From assembly GCF_000400465.1 (NCBI RefSeq), contig NW_008806280.1, positions 20,001 to 268,000 on the forward strand: DNA of 248,000 nt, written 5' to 3'. Below, piece after piece: positions 109,001 through 123,700 of the stretch. The notes beneath the pieces are model-generated. The model ran no database searches, had not been told where the DNA came from, and saw only the letters and a list, made by a program, of their open reading frames with translations. Both the position numbers and the translations under genes were made by a program. Each line of letters opens with the position of its first letter. Within the stretch, counting starts at the first letter, position 1. This DNA comes from Wallemia ichthyophaga EXF-994. Taxonomy: Eukaryota; Fungi; Basidiomycota.

Positions 109001-112000
109001 CCATAACTTCGCCTCGAATACTGACAAATGTGTGATCAGGTTGAGATTCATGTGTATGAGCAGATATTTCATTCTGAGAGTAAACCCGCTGAGTGGGACA
109101 TATCACGGGTCCAAGGATAGCGATAACGAAGATAGCGCAAGCACAAACAAACCAGATGATGATGTTAATAGCCAACTTTTCCCTCCATGCTTGTCTGACA
109201 TCTTGTCTTTTCATTCTACCGAACCACTTGAGGAACGGAGAAGGAACGTACCAGGTCAATAACCAACAGAAAGCAACCCATCTTTTTCTAACACCAGATT
109301 CTCTCACTTCCTCTTGCGTTTCACTATCATCATACATATCCTTTTCGTCCATCGCAGCTTTATCGGCGTCCTTGAGATTCATGTTTGAGAACATGTTTTG
109401 AGATGGTGCGTACATTTCAGTGCCGATTTGACTGTTAGTTTCATTTTCATACTTTGATTGGGGATATATATCACTACCTTCGTACCCGAAAGACTTGTGG
109501 TCGTCGCTGTACATATCGTCGTGATCTTCGTCACGCTGAACGTTGGAAACGAGTGGGAGTGCGACACTAGAGCCATCGTGGTCACGAGTGGCGAAAGGAT
109601 CTGTCATGAGCTCTGAAGCTGGTGTAGTTGGTCCCTCTTCTCCAAGTGGTGCGTATGGACCGAATGGATCTGGAGTTGCGATATAATCCGCTTCTGATTT
109701 CTGATACTTGTTGAATTGACGTTGTTCCTGCTCGTCATAAGAGCGAATGTGATCTTCGAGATGTCGGAAGACGTTGTGAGTTATGAATACCTGTGGGTTT
109801 ACGTTAAGATGAACACTTTGTTTTTTTCTATTAAAAATCACTTACCTTATATGTACCAACGGCTAGCTCGCGCTCTGTCCATGACATCTTTTCGCGCATG
109901 TTAAGGATCTTATGCACAGTATCTCCCTGCATAATATCCATCTCGTTGAGTTCATCACCGTAACTCTCCACGAATTCATCATGCGTCATATTGATTGCCC
110001 ATTCGGCTACAGCAGACCGTCTTGCCACGGCTGGTATACCCGATGAACGAATTTGCGCCTTGACATGACGTGCCTCGAGCTGATTAGGCAGCTGGGTATC
110101 GTTGGGTGACAGGCAGAAGACGTACCATGGATAACAGTCCTCAAGCGTATCAAACAGAACATCAGCAGCATTCCTAAACTCTGTTGCTACACATGTGTTT
110201 GTTTCAGTTGAAGATTGGTGATCGACGACTTGGTCTTCTGGCATGTCTGGCAATTCAGGTTCATTATTTCCACGTCTCAAAGAAGGACCAGTCCGTCTTG
110301 TCGATGGTCTACGCCTTGGACCTACTGACTGTTGAGCGGCAACGAGAGTAGCTTCTGACTTTGGATGGAATTGCGTACTGATTGCATTGGATGTGAAAAG
110401 AGACTTGACGAATGGATTTTCCGATCCGTTTGTTGTCTTGTCATTGGTGACTCCACCTTTGAAAAGCGAAACGAAATCAGGATTAAGATTGTCGGTGTTC
110501 TTCTCAATCCAATTCTCGGCTGAGTAGGTGACGGTACCAGCGTAGTGGTTGATGGAGAATGTAGGATAACCAGACCGATCTGGTGGCGCCGTCTTGAATT
110601 TATTATTGTTACCCCAGCGTTTATTAAATGCTTCAACCATCGTATTGTCATTCTTCTTTGGCGCACGCTTAGCTTGGTCGTCCATTATATGAATTAAGCC
110701 ACCCTGCTTTGCACCAAGTAGACGCAAAACATCCGAATTGTCGTATTCTGAGAATGACACAGGTGGACTAATCTTACTCAATCCCTCGTGCTTGTGCTCC
110801 TCATAAGGACGAGTGAAAACATGCTGGAAAATCCAGTTTTGTAAGCGTTCATTGAGATAATTTACGCAAAATTGGTCGACAGAATTACCGCGATGACCGG
110901 TACTTGGATTGTTTTGAAAACCAGGTAGATCGAGAAAAGCAATGTAAGTTGAAAAGTCCTCTTTGCAGAGGTGTTGATTGATGTGTTCGATGATCCAGCT
111001 GAAGAGGAGAGAATAGAGGGAGCGAGCAAGGTCATCACGATTGGTAGCTGCACCGTCAACATCGAGAAAGACGGTACATACATCTTTCTTAACAAGTTTA
111101 GTGCGATATGAAAGAACACTTTCAAGTGCGTCTGGATGTACACCGAGGAACTCCGCAACAATGTCGAGTGTCTCTGTATTTCTAACTACAGCAGCATCTG
111201 GATTCCTTGCGTGGTCGATCGTGAATTCAAGGTTACCAAGGTGCAAGATTGCAGTGACGAGCTGGCAAATTTGAGCGACGTGACGCTTTGAAAATCCAGC
111301 AGCCTTGAAAGCGTTTTTGAGTTGACTGAATCTTGCAGCGTCCTCGCCATTACTAGCGCCTATCAAAGGACCGCTGCGTCTTCTGATTGCGCCTGAGGTG
111401 TAGCGATAGGCACCAAGATCCTGAAGTTTAAGATATTGGCGCTCCTCTTCACTGGCTCCAGCAGTAAGATAGTAGAAGATGTGATAGTTGCGCTCTCCTG
111501 GAGGAGGGTTTACAACTCTTGAGCGTTCAAAGTAATACTCAAGAGTTTTTGCACCGTAAAGTCTGCCACGGTCGTTGAATTGAAGTTCAGTATATTTGCC
111601 GAATCTCGAAGCATTTGCGTTGTGCAGGGTTTTTGCATTGCCAAAAGCCTCGAGGACAAACTCGGCAGAGGGAATCTGATCGCCAAGCTTGTGGCCTTTC
111701 TTGCCTGGTGGTGGGAGAGACAAATCAATAATAGTCCTTGTTGCCAGTCTTCTAAGTTCGGACTTTCCAGAGCCCGTTTCACCGCTTTTATAGGGTTAGA
111801 CGGGCAAGCGGGGAGACAGCAACTCACTTTAAAATGATATTATTATCTTTCGAGCTTCTGCGCATGTAATAGTAAGCGTCTGCAGCGATTTGGAAGATGT
111901 GAGGTGGTAGTCTTGTGCTATTATCAGTCTGCCTGTACTCGAGTGCGTAGTCGTGCAGGACTTTATCAGAATTAGCGGGGAGGTATTTAAGAGGGTTCAA

Positions 112001-112129
112001 GGCGACGAGCGAGGACGTTCCCAGTCGCGTATAGATCTGGTCTTCGAGGAAGCGATCTCGCAAATAGCTGAGCACAGCTTCGTCAGACGTATCCCGTAGC
112101 TTTGATATATCGTCCATGGTCGTGGACAT
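106085..112129 (-). CDS. Class V chitin synthase with myosin motor domain
   Basis: Myosin head (NASRFGKY), cytochrome b5-like region, [16 protein letters not shown]-terminal DEK_C. Confidence 0.95.
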
Positions 112130-112248
112130 GGTCGTCTTATCGATAAAAGCGCTTTTGCTAATCTGGCACTTGCGTCTTTGGCTGAAATCAAGAGGCTGTT
112201 CGAAGCCAAAAGGTTACGTAGGACATTCCAGTTGGAAATTTTTTTAGA

Positions 112249-113481
112249 TTAGATTAAGTACAGGTATATAGGCGGAGGTGTATTATTCATTTGGTCACGT
112301 GCTGGAGCTGGCTCTGCCTCCAAATGCAGGATTCGGTTCGTCCTTTGTCTTGGTAAGCGACGCAGGCAGAAAGATAGCTTACGACGCACCTTCCTTATGG
112401 AGATTTTGATTCCCTGAGCGGCAAAGCACTGCAGCATGTGAGAGGAAGCCTGAATGGTATAAATTGATTACCTTTGACAGCGCAGTGCTGGACGTCATCC
112501 CCGGGAACCTGACACATGTAAGTGACGTGAAATTGAGCAATGAAACGCACTTCTTGGGCGAATAGACATGGAATTCGTTTGACATTGTTTGGGCTACGAT
112601 TGTCCTATTTTTATGTCCCACTATCAGCCTGGATTTGTGAGAAGATAAGACAGCGACAATATCCAACTCACGCTGCGATGTCCACAAGGCTAAACTGCAA
112701 CCTGAAGCTGTGTAAAGTCAACTTTGTGATTATATAATGCTCAGTACACAGCACTCACACGCCCTCCACGCGCACCGACAAATCCTAAGTTGAGTTAGAA
112801 ATGCACTAGCAGCTGACATGGACTGCACCTGGAAACAAAAAAAGATGCCGGGGTTGTTGTTGGTGTCCCTGAGCCTCATTCCCTCGGCTGTGAGGCTGCC
112901 GAGGAGATTCCGAATCGGAGTCTCTGAAGAGGTGTTTTGGTGGTGCGTGTTGGCGACTTGAGTGGCTGTGGATGAATTGAATACGTATGCACAAGATCGT
113001 AAGCCTTCAGAATCGAATATCTTGACCTGCACGAGCAAATGTTGTGGCGTGATGTCCCTGTCTGGCGTTAACTCGGAATCAAAGGAGGAGCTACGCACTG
113101 ATCAGGTATCTCAACCTCTGTGCCGCTCTCTAAAGTCTCGAAAGCCCGAACTTGGAGTACAGGCGGCGGATCTATCGGTCTCCTGTCCTTTTCGCCAAAG
113201 CCACACAATCTAGAGCGTATAGGCTGCTGTAAGATGTCTAGTGTGAATCTGATTGCATTGTTAGGCTTTAAATCTACTGGGTGCCCTGCTTACCGCACAG
113301 ATTTGCCTGCGAATTGACCATGACTGAAATTGTGCGTCATCGTCGACTTGAAAGCTTTAACAGCCACCGGATAAATGCATTTAAAATTATTTGCGTGGGA
113401 GATATTGTTTGCTGTTTGTATCGCCCTCCTCGCTGTCTTTAGATCTGCAGATCTTACTCGGAAGCATATACATTTCCTCAA
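112249..113481 (-). CDS. Velvet-domain protein
   Basis: Read by hand: RLCGFGEKDRRPIDPPP; GIFFCFQ|DLSVRVEG; YSPKK|FPG. Confidence 0.85.
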
Positions 113482-113766
113482 TCTGAAGATGAATAAAATC
113501 TAATTTACATATTTGGGCCATTCTTGTCATCAGAGAAATTCCATTTTATGCCCTGTACATCTTACTTTATCCCTTAACAACTCCCATCGAGGTTGACACA
113601 GCGCACTCCCACACGCTGAGCATTGCGGAAGAACGGAGCACCGAAGATGTGGATTATCGGGAACTATCGCCTATCGAGTCATTAGCCTTCTCGGAACGAT
113701 TAGGAAATGGCATCATCACACATACACAGCTGATCACTCGGCATTTCTCTTTCTCTAACAGCGAAC

Positions 113767-115629
113767 ATGACAGCAAAAGAAGATAATGAATTTAATAAAG
113801 AAGTAAAGGAGTTGGAATCCTTCTTCAGCGTGTGTTATTTCTTTGATATCCCTGATTGGATTCCTAACGTCACACGCAGCTTCCACGCTTCAAAAATACA
113901 GTCAGGCCGTACGCGGCAGCGCAGGTGGTCAGCAAGCGCGGCACAATCACCCACCACTACCCTTCTGATCTTCTCGCAAAGAAGCTGTGGACAATCCTCG
114001 AGCAGAAAGCTAAGAGGGGCGATACGAGCCACACGTACGGTGCACTCGATCCAGTCCAAGTCACTCAAATGGCGAAATACCTCGAAACAGTTTATGTTAG
114101 TGGCTGGCAGTCCTCGTCCACTGCTTCCTCGACCAATGAGCCCGGTCCCGATCTCGCCGATGTGGGTGGCAGCTTTCTTAATACTCCCTCTTTACTAACC
114201 CATATAGTACCCGTACGACACCGTTCCTCGCAAGGTTGAGCACCTCTTCCAAGCGCAGCTCTTCCACGACAGGAAACAGAGACACCAGCGCAGCTTAACC
114301 TCAGCCAGCGAGCGCGGTCCGGCTGTTGACTATCTACGCCCTATAGTTGCAGACGCAGACACTGGCCACGGTGGTCTTTCAGCGACTATGAAATTGGCAA
114401 AGCTTTTTGTTGAGAAGGGTGCAGCTGGTATTCACATCGAAGACCAGGCTCCTGGAACCAAGAAATGTGGCCACATGGCAGGTAAAGTTTTGGTGTCAAT
114501 CCAGGAACAGATAAATCGTCTTATCGCCATCAGATTCCAGTTTGACATTATGGGCGTAACAAACCTCATCGTCTCGCGCACAGACTCTGAAGCTGCGACT
114601 TTGATTACCACCAATGTAGATGATCGTGATCACGCATTTATCCTTGGTGCCACCAATCCAAGTATCGGCTCCCTCGTAGATGTCATGCGTCAGGCCGAGC
114701 TGGCAGGTGCCATTGGTCCTGCTCTCGAGAAAGTCGAGAGTGATTGGGCTGCTCAAGCTGGATTAAAGAAGTACAGCGAGGCGCTTGCTGACGCACTTCG
114801 CCAGAACAACATTAACGAGAGAGTCATTAAAAATTTCTTGAACGAAGCACATTTCGCAAGTCGTCATAAAACCACTCAGCTCGCTCAAAAGGCAGGTCTT
114901 CCAACTACGGTTAGCGTCTTCTGGGATTGGGATGCTCCGCGTACACGTGAAGGCTACTACCGCTACCAGGGCGGCACACAGTGTGCGGTGAACAGAGCCA
115001 TAGCGTTTGCACCTTACTGCGATTTAATATGGATGGAGGTGAGTTAATTGGTTAGCAAAGAAGCCTTGCTAACGCTATACTCTAGACGAAAGACCCTAAG
115101 CTCGCACGGGCAAAAGAGTTCGCATCTGGCGTTAAAGCCGCTTATCCAGATCAATGGCTGGCTTATAACCTCTCTCCATCGTTCAATTGGGATGCCGCTG
115201 GTCTGAGCCCACGTGAAATGCAGGCCTTTGTTTGGGAGTTGGGTAAATTAGGTTACGTTTGGCAGTTTATCACTCTCGGCGGTCTTCATTCAAATGCTTA
115301 CATTTCAGACAACTTTGCAAAGCACTTTGCTACAGAGGGTATGAAAGCCTATGTAGAACAGATCCAAAGAAAGGAGCGTGAAATAGGGTGTGACGTTCTT
115401 ACTCACCAGAAGTGGTCAGGTGCTGAATATGTGAGTTTTGTTTCACGCAATGAGGTGTCCTTACAATTTCAACTCAGATCGACGACCTTCTCTCGACTAT
115501 TCAGGGTGGTGTTTCATCAACTGCTAGTATGGGCAAGGGTAACACTGAAGCACAGTGAGTAGTGTTAATCCTCACTTGTCAGCGAAGCAGCTAATATGAC
115601 GCAGATTCGCATTACCAGCTAAATTGTAG
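113767..115629 (+). CDS. ICL1: Isocitrate lyase with C-terminal PTS1 (AKL)
   Basis: KKCGHMAGK; YVSGWQSSS; last exon FALPAKL. Confidence 0.95.
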
Positions 115630-115741
115630 CTGCTGACCAAGGGCTGACTGTAACGAAATGACTTATTCCTATTCTTTCATTATATATCTTTGTAAAAAAA
115701 AGTACATGATTCTTAGTTTGTCAGAGGAAATGTAGTTGTCA

Positions 115742-116830
115742 TTGTGGCAAATAACCTGCAAGCTCAGTCTGCAACCACTCCTCAAGATCTTTGTTTAGAG
115801 ATGGATCGGAAGTACGCTTATCAGCTATACCATGGCGTGCCCAAGGAATACCATACTGAATGAATCGTTAGGGAGTAAATCTTTTTAAAGCAGCTCAAAG
115901 CTTACTAAACCTTCTGTGTCTTTTTCCACAGTGCCAAGATACAGCTGAGTGAGCGAGCCTAGGCTGCTTGGATAGAGTATAAAGCTAGAGAAGAAGGCCT
116001 TCCAACCAGGTATACGCGTGTGTCTCCATAGCTCTGTTTGCAGTATACCGGGATGACAGCTGCTATGACTGACATTTACTTGCTGCTTGTTTAAGATATT
116101 GCTTATGACGGTATTACCAATTTTAGAATAACCGTACAAATCCCAAGTATTGATATTTGTGCTCCGTCTCAGATGGCCATCCTTAAGCAGATGGAAATCG
116201 ATACCTGTTTCATGTATGAAAAATGATTGCATAGCCGAAGAAGTGTGCACGACGCGCGCTTTTTCATTACGATAGTTGTTCTTGCTATAGTTGTCTAACG
116301 CAGGGTGGAGAAGAGTAGCGAGGAGATAGTGGGACATGACGTTAGTCTGAAACTGAATATCATAGCCTTGTTTGCTGAGCAGCTCGACTGGGGCAGCCAT
116401 GATTCCAGCATTGCAGAACAAAGCAGCTAGTTGAGTTTCTTTGTGCAAAAATTCGTGAGCTGCATTATTAACGGAATCGAAATCCGAAAGGTCAACAAGA
116501 AAGGGTTGGGCTGTCTTGCCAGTTTCATTGCGCAATTCATCAATCACGCTTTCGATCTTGGATTTATTCCTGCCACCGATGTAAACGTCGGCGTTATGGT
116601 GGAGTAGCGCGCGTGCAGTATCCTTGCCTATACCTGAAGAAGCGCCTGTTACTGTATATTGTAAAATTAGTAGTACTCATGGTTTAATACGCGCTAGACT
116701 GACCGATGATAGTCTTGTCGGTGAGATCGGGGATATCAGCATCTGTCCAAGTGGGCGATGGCGGGAATGTTTGTGTGTATAGATTGAATAAACCGCGTGG
116801 TAGCGTCGATGAGAGTATCCAGTCAAGCAT
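115742..116830 (-). CDS. Short-chain dehydrogenase/reductase
   Basis: TGASSGIG, NAGIM, YGYSK. Confidence 0.88.
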
Positions 116831-116999
116831 CCTGCCAATTGCGTCTGATGATCGTTGGTAAGGACAAATAGAGAATCTATTAAAGCGTGAGCGTGTGAAT
116901 TACTCATATATCACTGATATTTATACACATCTCAATAAAAATTTACACTTCACGGAAATCTGAAGTCAAGAAGACAGATCTCATCAAGATACGCTCAAC

Positions 117000-119900
117000 A
117001 TGTCCACATTAGAGTTATACTGGCCTCTAGCGTCTAATAAAACATCAGAGCGACTTCAAGCCAGCTCAGACCTGATAAATTTATTGAACAAATTCCAACA
117101 AGATTTTAAGCCTGCAGATGAAGATAGGGATGGCGAGGAGAGCGATCACAGCGAGCCCAGCGATCAAGAAGAAGACACTGTTGATAAAAACCAGAAATCT
117201 GTTATCAAACGTATTGAAAAGTGGATTGAGAAGCATCACGCTCCAGATGTTTCATATGCAATCAAACGATTGATTAGAGGTTTGGCTTCACCAAGGGAAT
117301 CATCTAGATTGGGATTCGCTGTGACACTTACGCAGGTGAGAATTCTTTCATTTCCCCGAATAATCCTATTCACCCTCCTCAGCTTCTCTCAAATCTGCCT
117401 TTGCTCACCGTCGCGCATGTACTTCCGTTGATTAAGCACCACACTACCCCAGTTGGAAACGTTAAAGGCTCAGAAGAGAGAGACCTCATCTTTGGTAGAT
117501 TGTTTGGTATACAGGCAATCATCGAATCTGGTTTGATTAGCAGATCGACAACGACGCCGGATGATTTCAAGGAAACGATTAGAAATGTGACAGACCTTGG
117601 TAAGAATAAGGTCTGGTTGAAGGAGGCTACAGGATGGACTACCCTTAATGGCTTAAAAGAAGTCACCGAGAAGAATGTCAGCTGGTTGAACCAAGCAATC
117701 ACCAATTCACTCGATATTCTTTTTACTGGTGACGAGAAAGAAATTTGGGGTCCTGAGAAAGTTGGTATTCTTCTCTGGTTACAGTCAACGCATAGCGTAA
117801 GTTTGTCTGTTTCATTTGTTTCATGTTAACATGAGTCTAGGATATCGATTATTCTGAATACGTACAACCTATCTTCAAAAACCCTTTGCCTCTTGCTCCT
117901 CAAAATCTATCTGTTCTCGCTCGTATTCTTAGAGAAACTTCTATCGATGCAGAGAAGGCTACTTCCGGTTCAGGCGTATGGAAACCACAATTACACTGGG
118001 TCTGGCCTCAAATTCTCGACATATACTTCACTAGTGATAACCAAGCTTTCAAACCGCGCGCTTCATTCCAAGACTTCTATAGAATATGCATTGACGAATC
118101 ATTATTCCAAACCAACGCATCACCTCAGCGCAAATACTGGGGCTTTTCAGTCTTCGCTTTGGCCTTGCCACGCCTCACCAATGAGGACCTTGGTGCATTA
118201 TTCACTCCCAACTTCATGCGTACATGGATCAACAACCTTCGCGGTGAAGACAGAGTGTTGCACAAGGCTGCACTGAGAATAGCACAAGATCTGCAACCAC
118301 TCATCGCTCAGAATCCAAAGCTGGGATTACCTCTGATCTTGCAGCTCCTTGGCAAGCATGGCAGTGCAAACTTTGACAAATTGACGGGAACCAAGACTGT
118401 AGCCAACATTTTGTCATCCATGACTACTGACGGTGTCAGTGAGTATGTTGGATACTTGCGCTCATTTATTCAAGGCGAAACGAGCGATGTTAAGCAGCGC
118501 AAATGGGCTTTAGATCAATTACTTTCCCTTATTCGAAACTCTCAAATACCGCATGACGACGAGTGGGTTTGGAGTGCATTGGAGTGCTTCGTACTCAATG
118601 GTATCTTTGTTCCTCGCAAGCCGTCATCTAAATCAAAGCATGACGTACTCAAAAACCCACCACAACCTCCACTTTCAGACACGGATAGAGCTGCTGCTCG
118701 TTCACACCTTTTATCATCTCTTGCAGAACTCTCAAAAACACCAGACAGCAAGAAGCAACTGGGTGTAGACAAGAATGGTGATTTATGGGTGAAAAGAGTA
118801 TATGACTTTATTCAAAGTATTGAAAGCGAAAAGAACGTCATTACTGCTGTTCAATATGAGGAGGAAGTTTTAATAGCACGTAAAACCGCACTTGACAGTT
118901 TCAGCAATGTTAACAAGAAAGGCAAAGCACCTGAAACTCGTCACCACGCCTTTAGTCTATTGTTACTCAGTGTAGTACTCCAATCATACGATAACATGGA
119001 AGGTATATCGGATGTCCTTGACGAGTTGGCCAGTGCATCTTCCATGCTCTTCACCGTCAAGTCACCAAAGAAGAACAATAGTAAGCAACAAGAAAATGAA
119101 GATGGCGAGGAACCATCAGCAATGGCTGTTCTTGTCGATGTGCTTGTCTCTTTGCTTGAACGCTCATCATCATTTTTGCGCACAATGGCTATCAACGCAT
119201 TCACTGCATTCACACCAGAAGTCGACGAAGAGGCTTTGGATATGATTATCGCTCAGCTCTCCTCACAACCTGATGGTGAAGGTGAAGGTGAAGACGGTGA
119301 AGAGGAGAATGAAGAGATGGGAGACGATGAAAAAGGGGAGGAAGGGGAAGAAAGTGACTCTGAAAACGCTAAAGATGCTCAAGATGAAGTGGCTTCGGAT
119401 GTGAGTGACGACGATAAAGAGGACGACATCAACGAAGCTGTTGATCCAGAATTCGAACGCAAGTTGGCCAAAGCACTAGGTCAGCCAGTGTCAGACGATG
119501 AGGATGAAGAGATGGTTGATGAAGATGAAGATGGTGACGCTGTTGACAATGTTGACAACATGACGGATGAGCAGATGATGATGTTGGATGAGCAGCTGGC
119601 TGAGATATTTAAATCTAGAGTCGGCGATAAGAAGGCGAAGGAAGGGGCACAACGTGAAGCTCAACATACCAAGAACAGGCTCATAGATTTATTGGATGTT
119701 TACGCCAAGAAGCAGTCTTCAAATGCGTTGGTATTGAAGTTGATTATTCCGCTGGTAGAGATAATTGTCAATTCTGGTGCAACTGAGCAGCAGTTATCGT
119801 CCAAGTCCTCGGCTATTCTGAGACAACGTCTCACTAAATCGAAGGATATTCCAACAACAAACATCAACGAAGATGACTTGCTGGTCATATTCGAAGAAAT

Positions 119901-120688
119901 GCACAACGTCGCAAAGAAGTCAAGGACGAATGAGATTCTATCACTATGCAACCAATTGTCGCTGTACTTGTTCAGGATCATCACTTTCAATTATAGTGGC
120001 GCAGTTGCTGAATCGAAAGCCAAAGAAGTTTACATCTCAAGCTGGCAAGATTTCAGTAATAGAAAACACACAAAATTGAATCCAAGCGTGTTCACTGATT
120101 ATATACGCCGCTATCCAACCCAGTCGCTTAGTCTGCTTGATGAACTAGTTCAGACTGTCGTCGATGGCAAAGCTACAAATGCATATAGACAAATCCAAGC
120201 GTTGACGATGCTTCAAACCCTCTTTGGTCAACATAAGCAGTTGGTAAGTATTTTAATCAACGCTACTACTTTACTAACAGCTTCTTAAGATGGATGCTGG
120301 TAAGAAAGACGACATACTCGCATCAATTCCAAAGATCAGACAGGGCATATACTCATTCATCGCCACATCTTGCGAGTCAAAGGATAAGACAAACGCAAGC
120401 AAGCTGAAGGATGTCCTCAAGTCTGCACTGGCTTTGGTAAGGGTACACAAGAAGATAACGGATGAAAAAATAGAAGACGAATGGGATTTGACGACATTGC
120501 AGTCAATCGTCACCACCTTGGGCTCAATTGATAAGTTCAAGGGCGTGCAATCTCTAGCACAGCAACTGAGTGCTTTGATAACTCAATCAACATCCACCTC
120601 CAAAACTTCATCCAAGAAACGTAAGTCAAGCGGTAATGGCACGACTGAGCCGGAGCAGTCTGTCAAGAAGAACAAACAGAAACAGTAA
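117000..120688 (+). CDS. POL5: Pol5/MYBBP1A nucleolar protein
   Basis: YAIKRLIRGLASPRESSRLGF; NFDKLTGTK. Confidence 0.9.
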
Positions 120689-120789
120689 AAGTTTCATAAT
120701 AGAGAACCTGTTGGTATAAAGATATAAAATTATTAAAGTCGTAAAAAAATGTACAACTAATATTCATTATTTATCCGAGTGTCGCAATG

Positions 120790-123700
120790 CTGCATCAGGT
120801 GAATGGATTAGGATGTACTCGTTCCTTGGCGAGTTGGTCGAGTTGTCGTCTATACTCCCTGTCCTCTTCCTCTTGTCGTTGCTGAGCGAATATTAGTAAA
120901 CTATAATGGTATTCAAGACGACACTAACCAATCGTTCAGCAGCTTGTTGTTCTCTGTGTTGCTCACGCAGCCTTTCGCGCTCGTCTATATAAGTAAGAAA
121001 CCCAGTCTTAGATCTTGACTCAGTCGTGAGATGTATGTCAGTTGGTTGAGTTTCCGTGTATTGCTCTCTTGCCGCTTTCTTCCGTCTCTCAAACTGCTCT
121101 TTAGACTCTGCGTGCAACTCCTTAAAGTTTGGCATCTCAGTACTGCGAAACTCTTTCTGATCCTTCTCGAACTGTCGCCATTGTTTGACTCTACTTTGAA
121201 ATCGTTCAGAATGTAACTGATGCCTATGATCTGAGTGAAGACCAATTGTGTTTTGCTCAATGTTAGTTATAAGATTGGGCGTCATAGATCGTCTCTTTTT
121301 CTCCCGCTGCTCTTCTAGTCGTCTTATAGACTCTAGACGATGTGTCTTGTTGGGTGATGGGAAGACGTGATTGCGTTTGCGACGCTTGCTGGGTGAGAGA
121401 AGAGATGCAGATGTAGATGGAGCAGCACGTTTTAACGTCGAAGCATATTCTTGTTGCCGCTCTCGCGCAGTCTTGCCATCTACTTTGAGAGGACTGTTAC
121501 TTGACATAGTGGGTATAATACGCCGAGAGCGTGTATTCCTGTTAATGAACGGCGAAGACTGATGTGATTTCTGAGCGACTGTTAGTGTGATGTGTAGTGT
121601 AGAGTATTGCTTACTTTGATTGGTGATTTAGTCTTACGTGCACGTGGACCACCTGTAGCGAAATTGAATGCAACTGGTACAGTTGTCTTGTTTTGGCTTC
121701 TTTGAGCGTCTCGTTGGCGTCTGGCGAAGAGATCGTCTTTGTTGGTAGGAGATGGTGGCCGAGGCGCATCTGTAGCCTTTCGCTTCCCTTTGTTGGAAGA
121801 TATGGATTTTGTGTCATTTGGTGCGGATCGTGAATTATTCTTGCTTTTAGTAGCTTGACGTGATTCTCTGTCTATGCGTGTCGCTCTCCGATTCCCGTTA
121901 CTGGAACTAGCGCCATTCTCCTCCGCCTCGTCGATAAGTATACCAAGCTGGGCCATGACTTCTTCGCGCTCTATATGCTCCTTAGAAAGTCTATACTCCT
122001 CTTCACGAGTAGATTTCTCCAACTCTTCCGCTCTCTCACGCGCGAGCTCAACGCCTCTCGCCTTTTGCTTTGCTACCTTAGCCTCGCGTTTTTTGCCAGC
122101 ATCGCCGCGCTCGTGCGTTTGCTGCTGCTGTTGATTTCTCCGGAGCTGCTCACGTCGATTCTTTTGTTCTTCCTCGACAGTCACTGCTTCCCTCTGTGAG
122201 CGATTTTCTTCACGTTTCTTCACCAGCTCTTCGCGCTCCAATTTAGTTTTCTCTTCCTGCCTCTTCCTCCTCTCCTGCTCGCGTGTGGCACGCTCTTTGG
122301 AAAGCCTAGCAGCCTCTTCTTCACGCTTTTTGGAGAGCACAGCCTCCTCTCTTTCTTTGCGCTCCTGCCTTTGTCTTATGCCGTGTTGCTTAGCTGCGCG
122401 TATAGCCTCTTCTTGGCGATGCTTGGCGGCCTTTGTAGCCTGTTCGCGCTCATTTGCAAGTCTAGCAAAATGCCGTTCTTTTTCTAACCGTGCTTCTTCC
122501 TCTGCCTTCTGTTTGGTGATTCTGGCTTCTTTGTCGGCTTTCTCTTTAGCCAATATGGCGAGATGGCGATCTTTTTCGTCGCGTGCCTTTTTATCTGCTA
122601 TTTCTGTAGCGATTCGAGCCTCTTCATCGGATTTTTCTTTCGCTAGTCTTGCAAGATGACGTTCTCTCTCAATGCGTGCTTCCTCTTCTGCTTTTTGTTC
122701 GGCAATTTGTGCAAGTCTGGCCTGTTCGTCTCTTTCTTTCTCTAGTCTGGCGAGATGACGTTCTCTTTCAATGCGTGCTTCTTCTTCGGCTCTTTCTTGG
122801 GCGATTTGCGCTAGCCTAACTTGTTCATCTCTTTCTTTCGCTAGCCTCGCAAGATGAAGTTCTCTTTCAACGCGTGCATCTTCGTCAGCTTTCTCTTTCG
122901 CTAGTCTCGCAAGATGACGTTCTCTCTCAATGCGTGATTCCTCTTCTGCCTTTTGTTTGGCGATTTGCGCTAGTCTGGCTTCTTCGTCAACCTTTTCTTT
123001 CGCCAATCTGGCGAGATGTCGTTCTTTCTCAAGGTATGCTTCTTTCTCTGCAATTTCTTTAGCGATTCTTGCCTCAAGTTGCTCTTTTTCCTTTCTTTCT
123101 TGATCACGCTGTTTTTTTTCCCTAGCCTCTATCTCACGTTCTTCTTTCTCCTTAGCTTCAGTTTCTCTCTTACGTCTGGTGTCCTCTTTCTTGCGTTCCT
123201 CATTTGCGACTTTCTCAGCTTCGACTTTAGCAGCTTCGACTTTAGCAGCGTGTTCCAATTTAGCTGATCTAGCTTGACGAATTTCTTCTCTCTTTTTAGC
123301 CGCCTCTTCGCGTTTTCTAGCAGCTTCGCGCTGATTAGCGATTCGCTCAGCATCCAAGCGTTGAGCAAGTTCTTTATCTGCCAACTCTTTCTCAGCTTTA
123401 GCATCAGCTTCGATTCTCTCACGATCGATACGTTCAGTTTCGCGACGTTGAGCAGCTTCGACGCGTCTACGCGCTGCGTTATCTCTCTCCTCCTTCTCCT
123501 GTCTTTTACGTTCATTTTCTATACGCTCAGCCTCAGCTCTAGCTGCCATTTCTCGTGCTAGACGTGCCTCTTCACGTCGTCTGTTCGATTCAGCACGCTC
123601 AAGACGGAATTTCTCCTGCTCGGCGCGTGCCGCGTGAGCCTTTTCAGTGGCTATTCGTTGTAGACGGGCTTGTTCAGCAGATGCGTTTGCTTCTTGTTCT

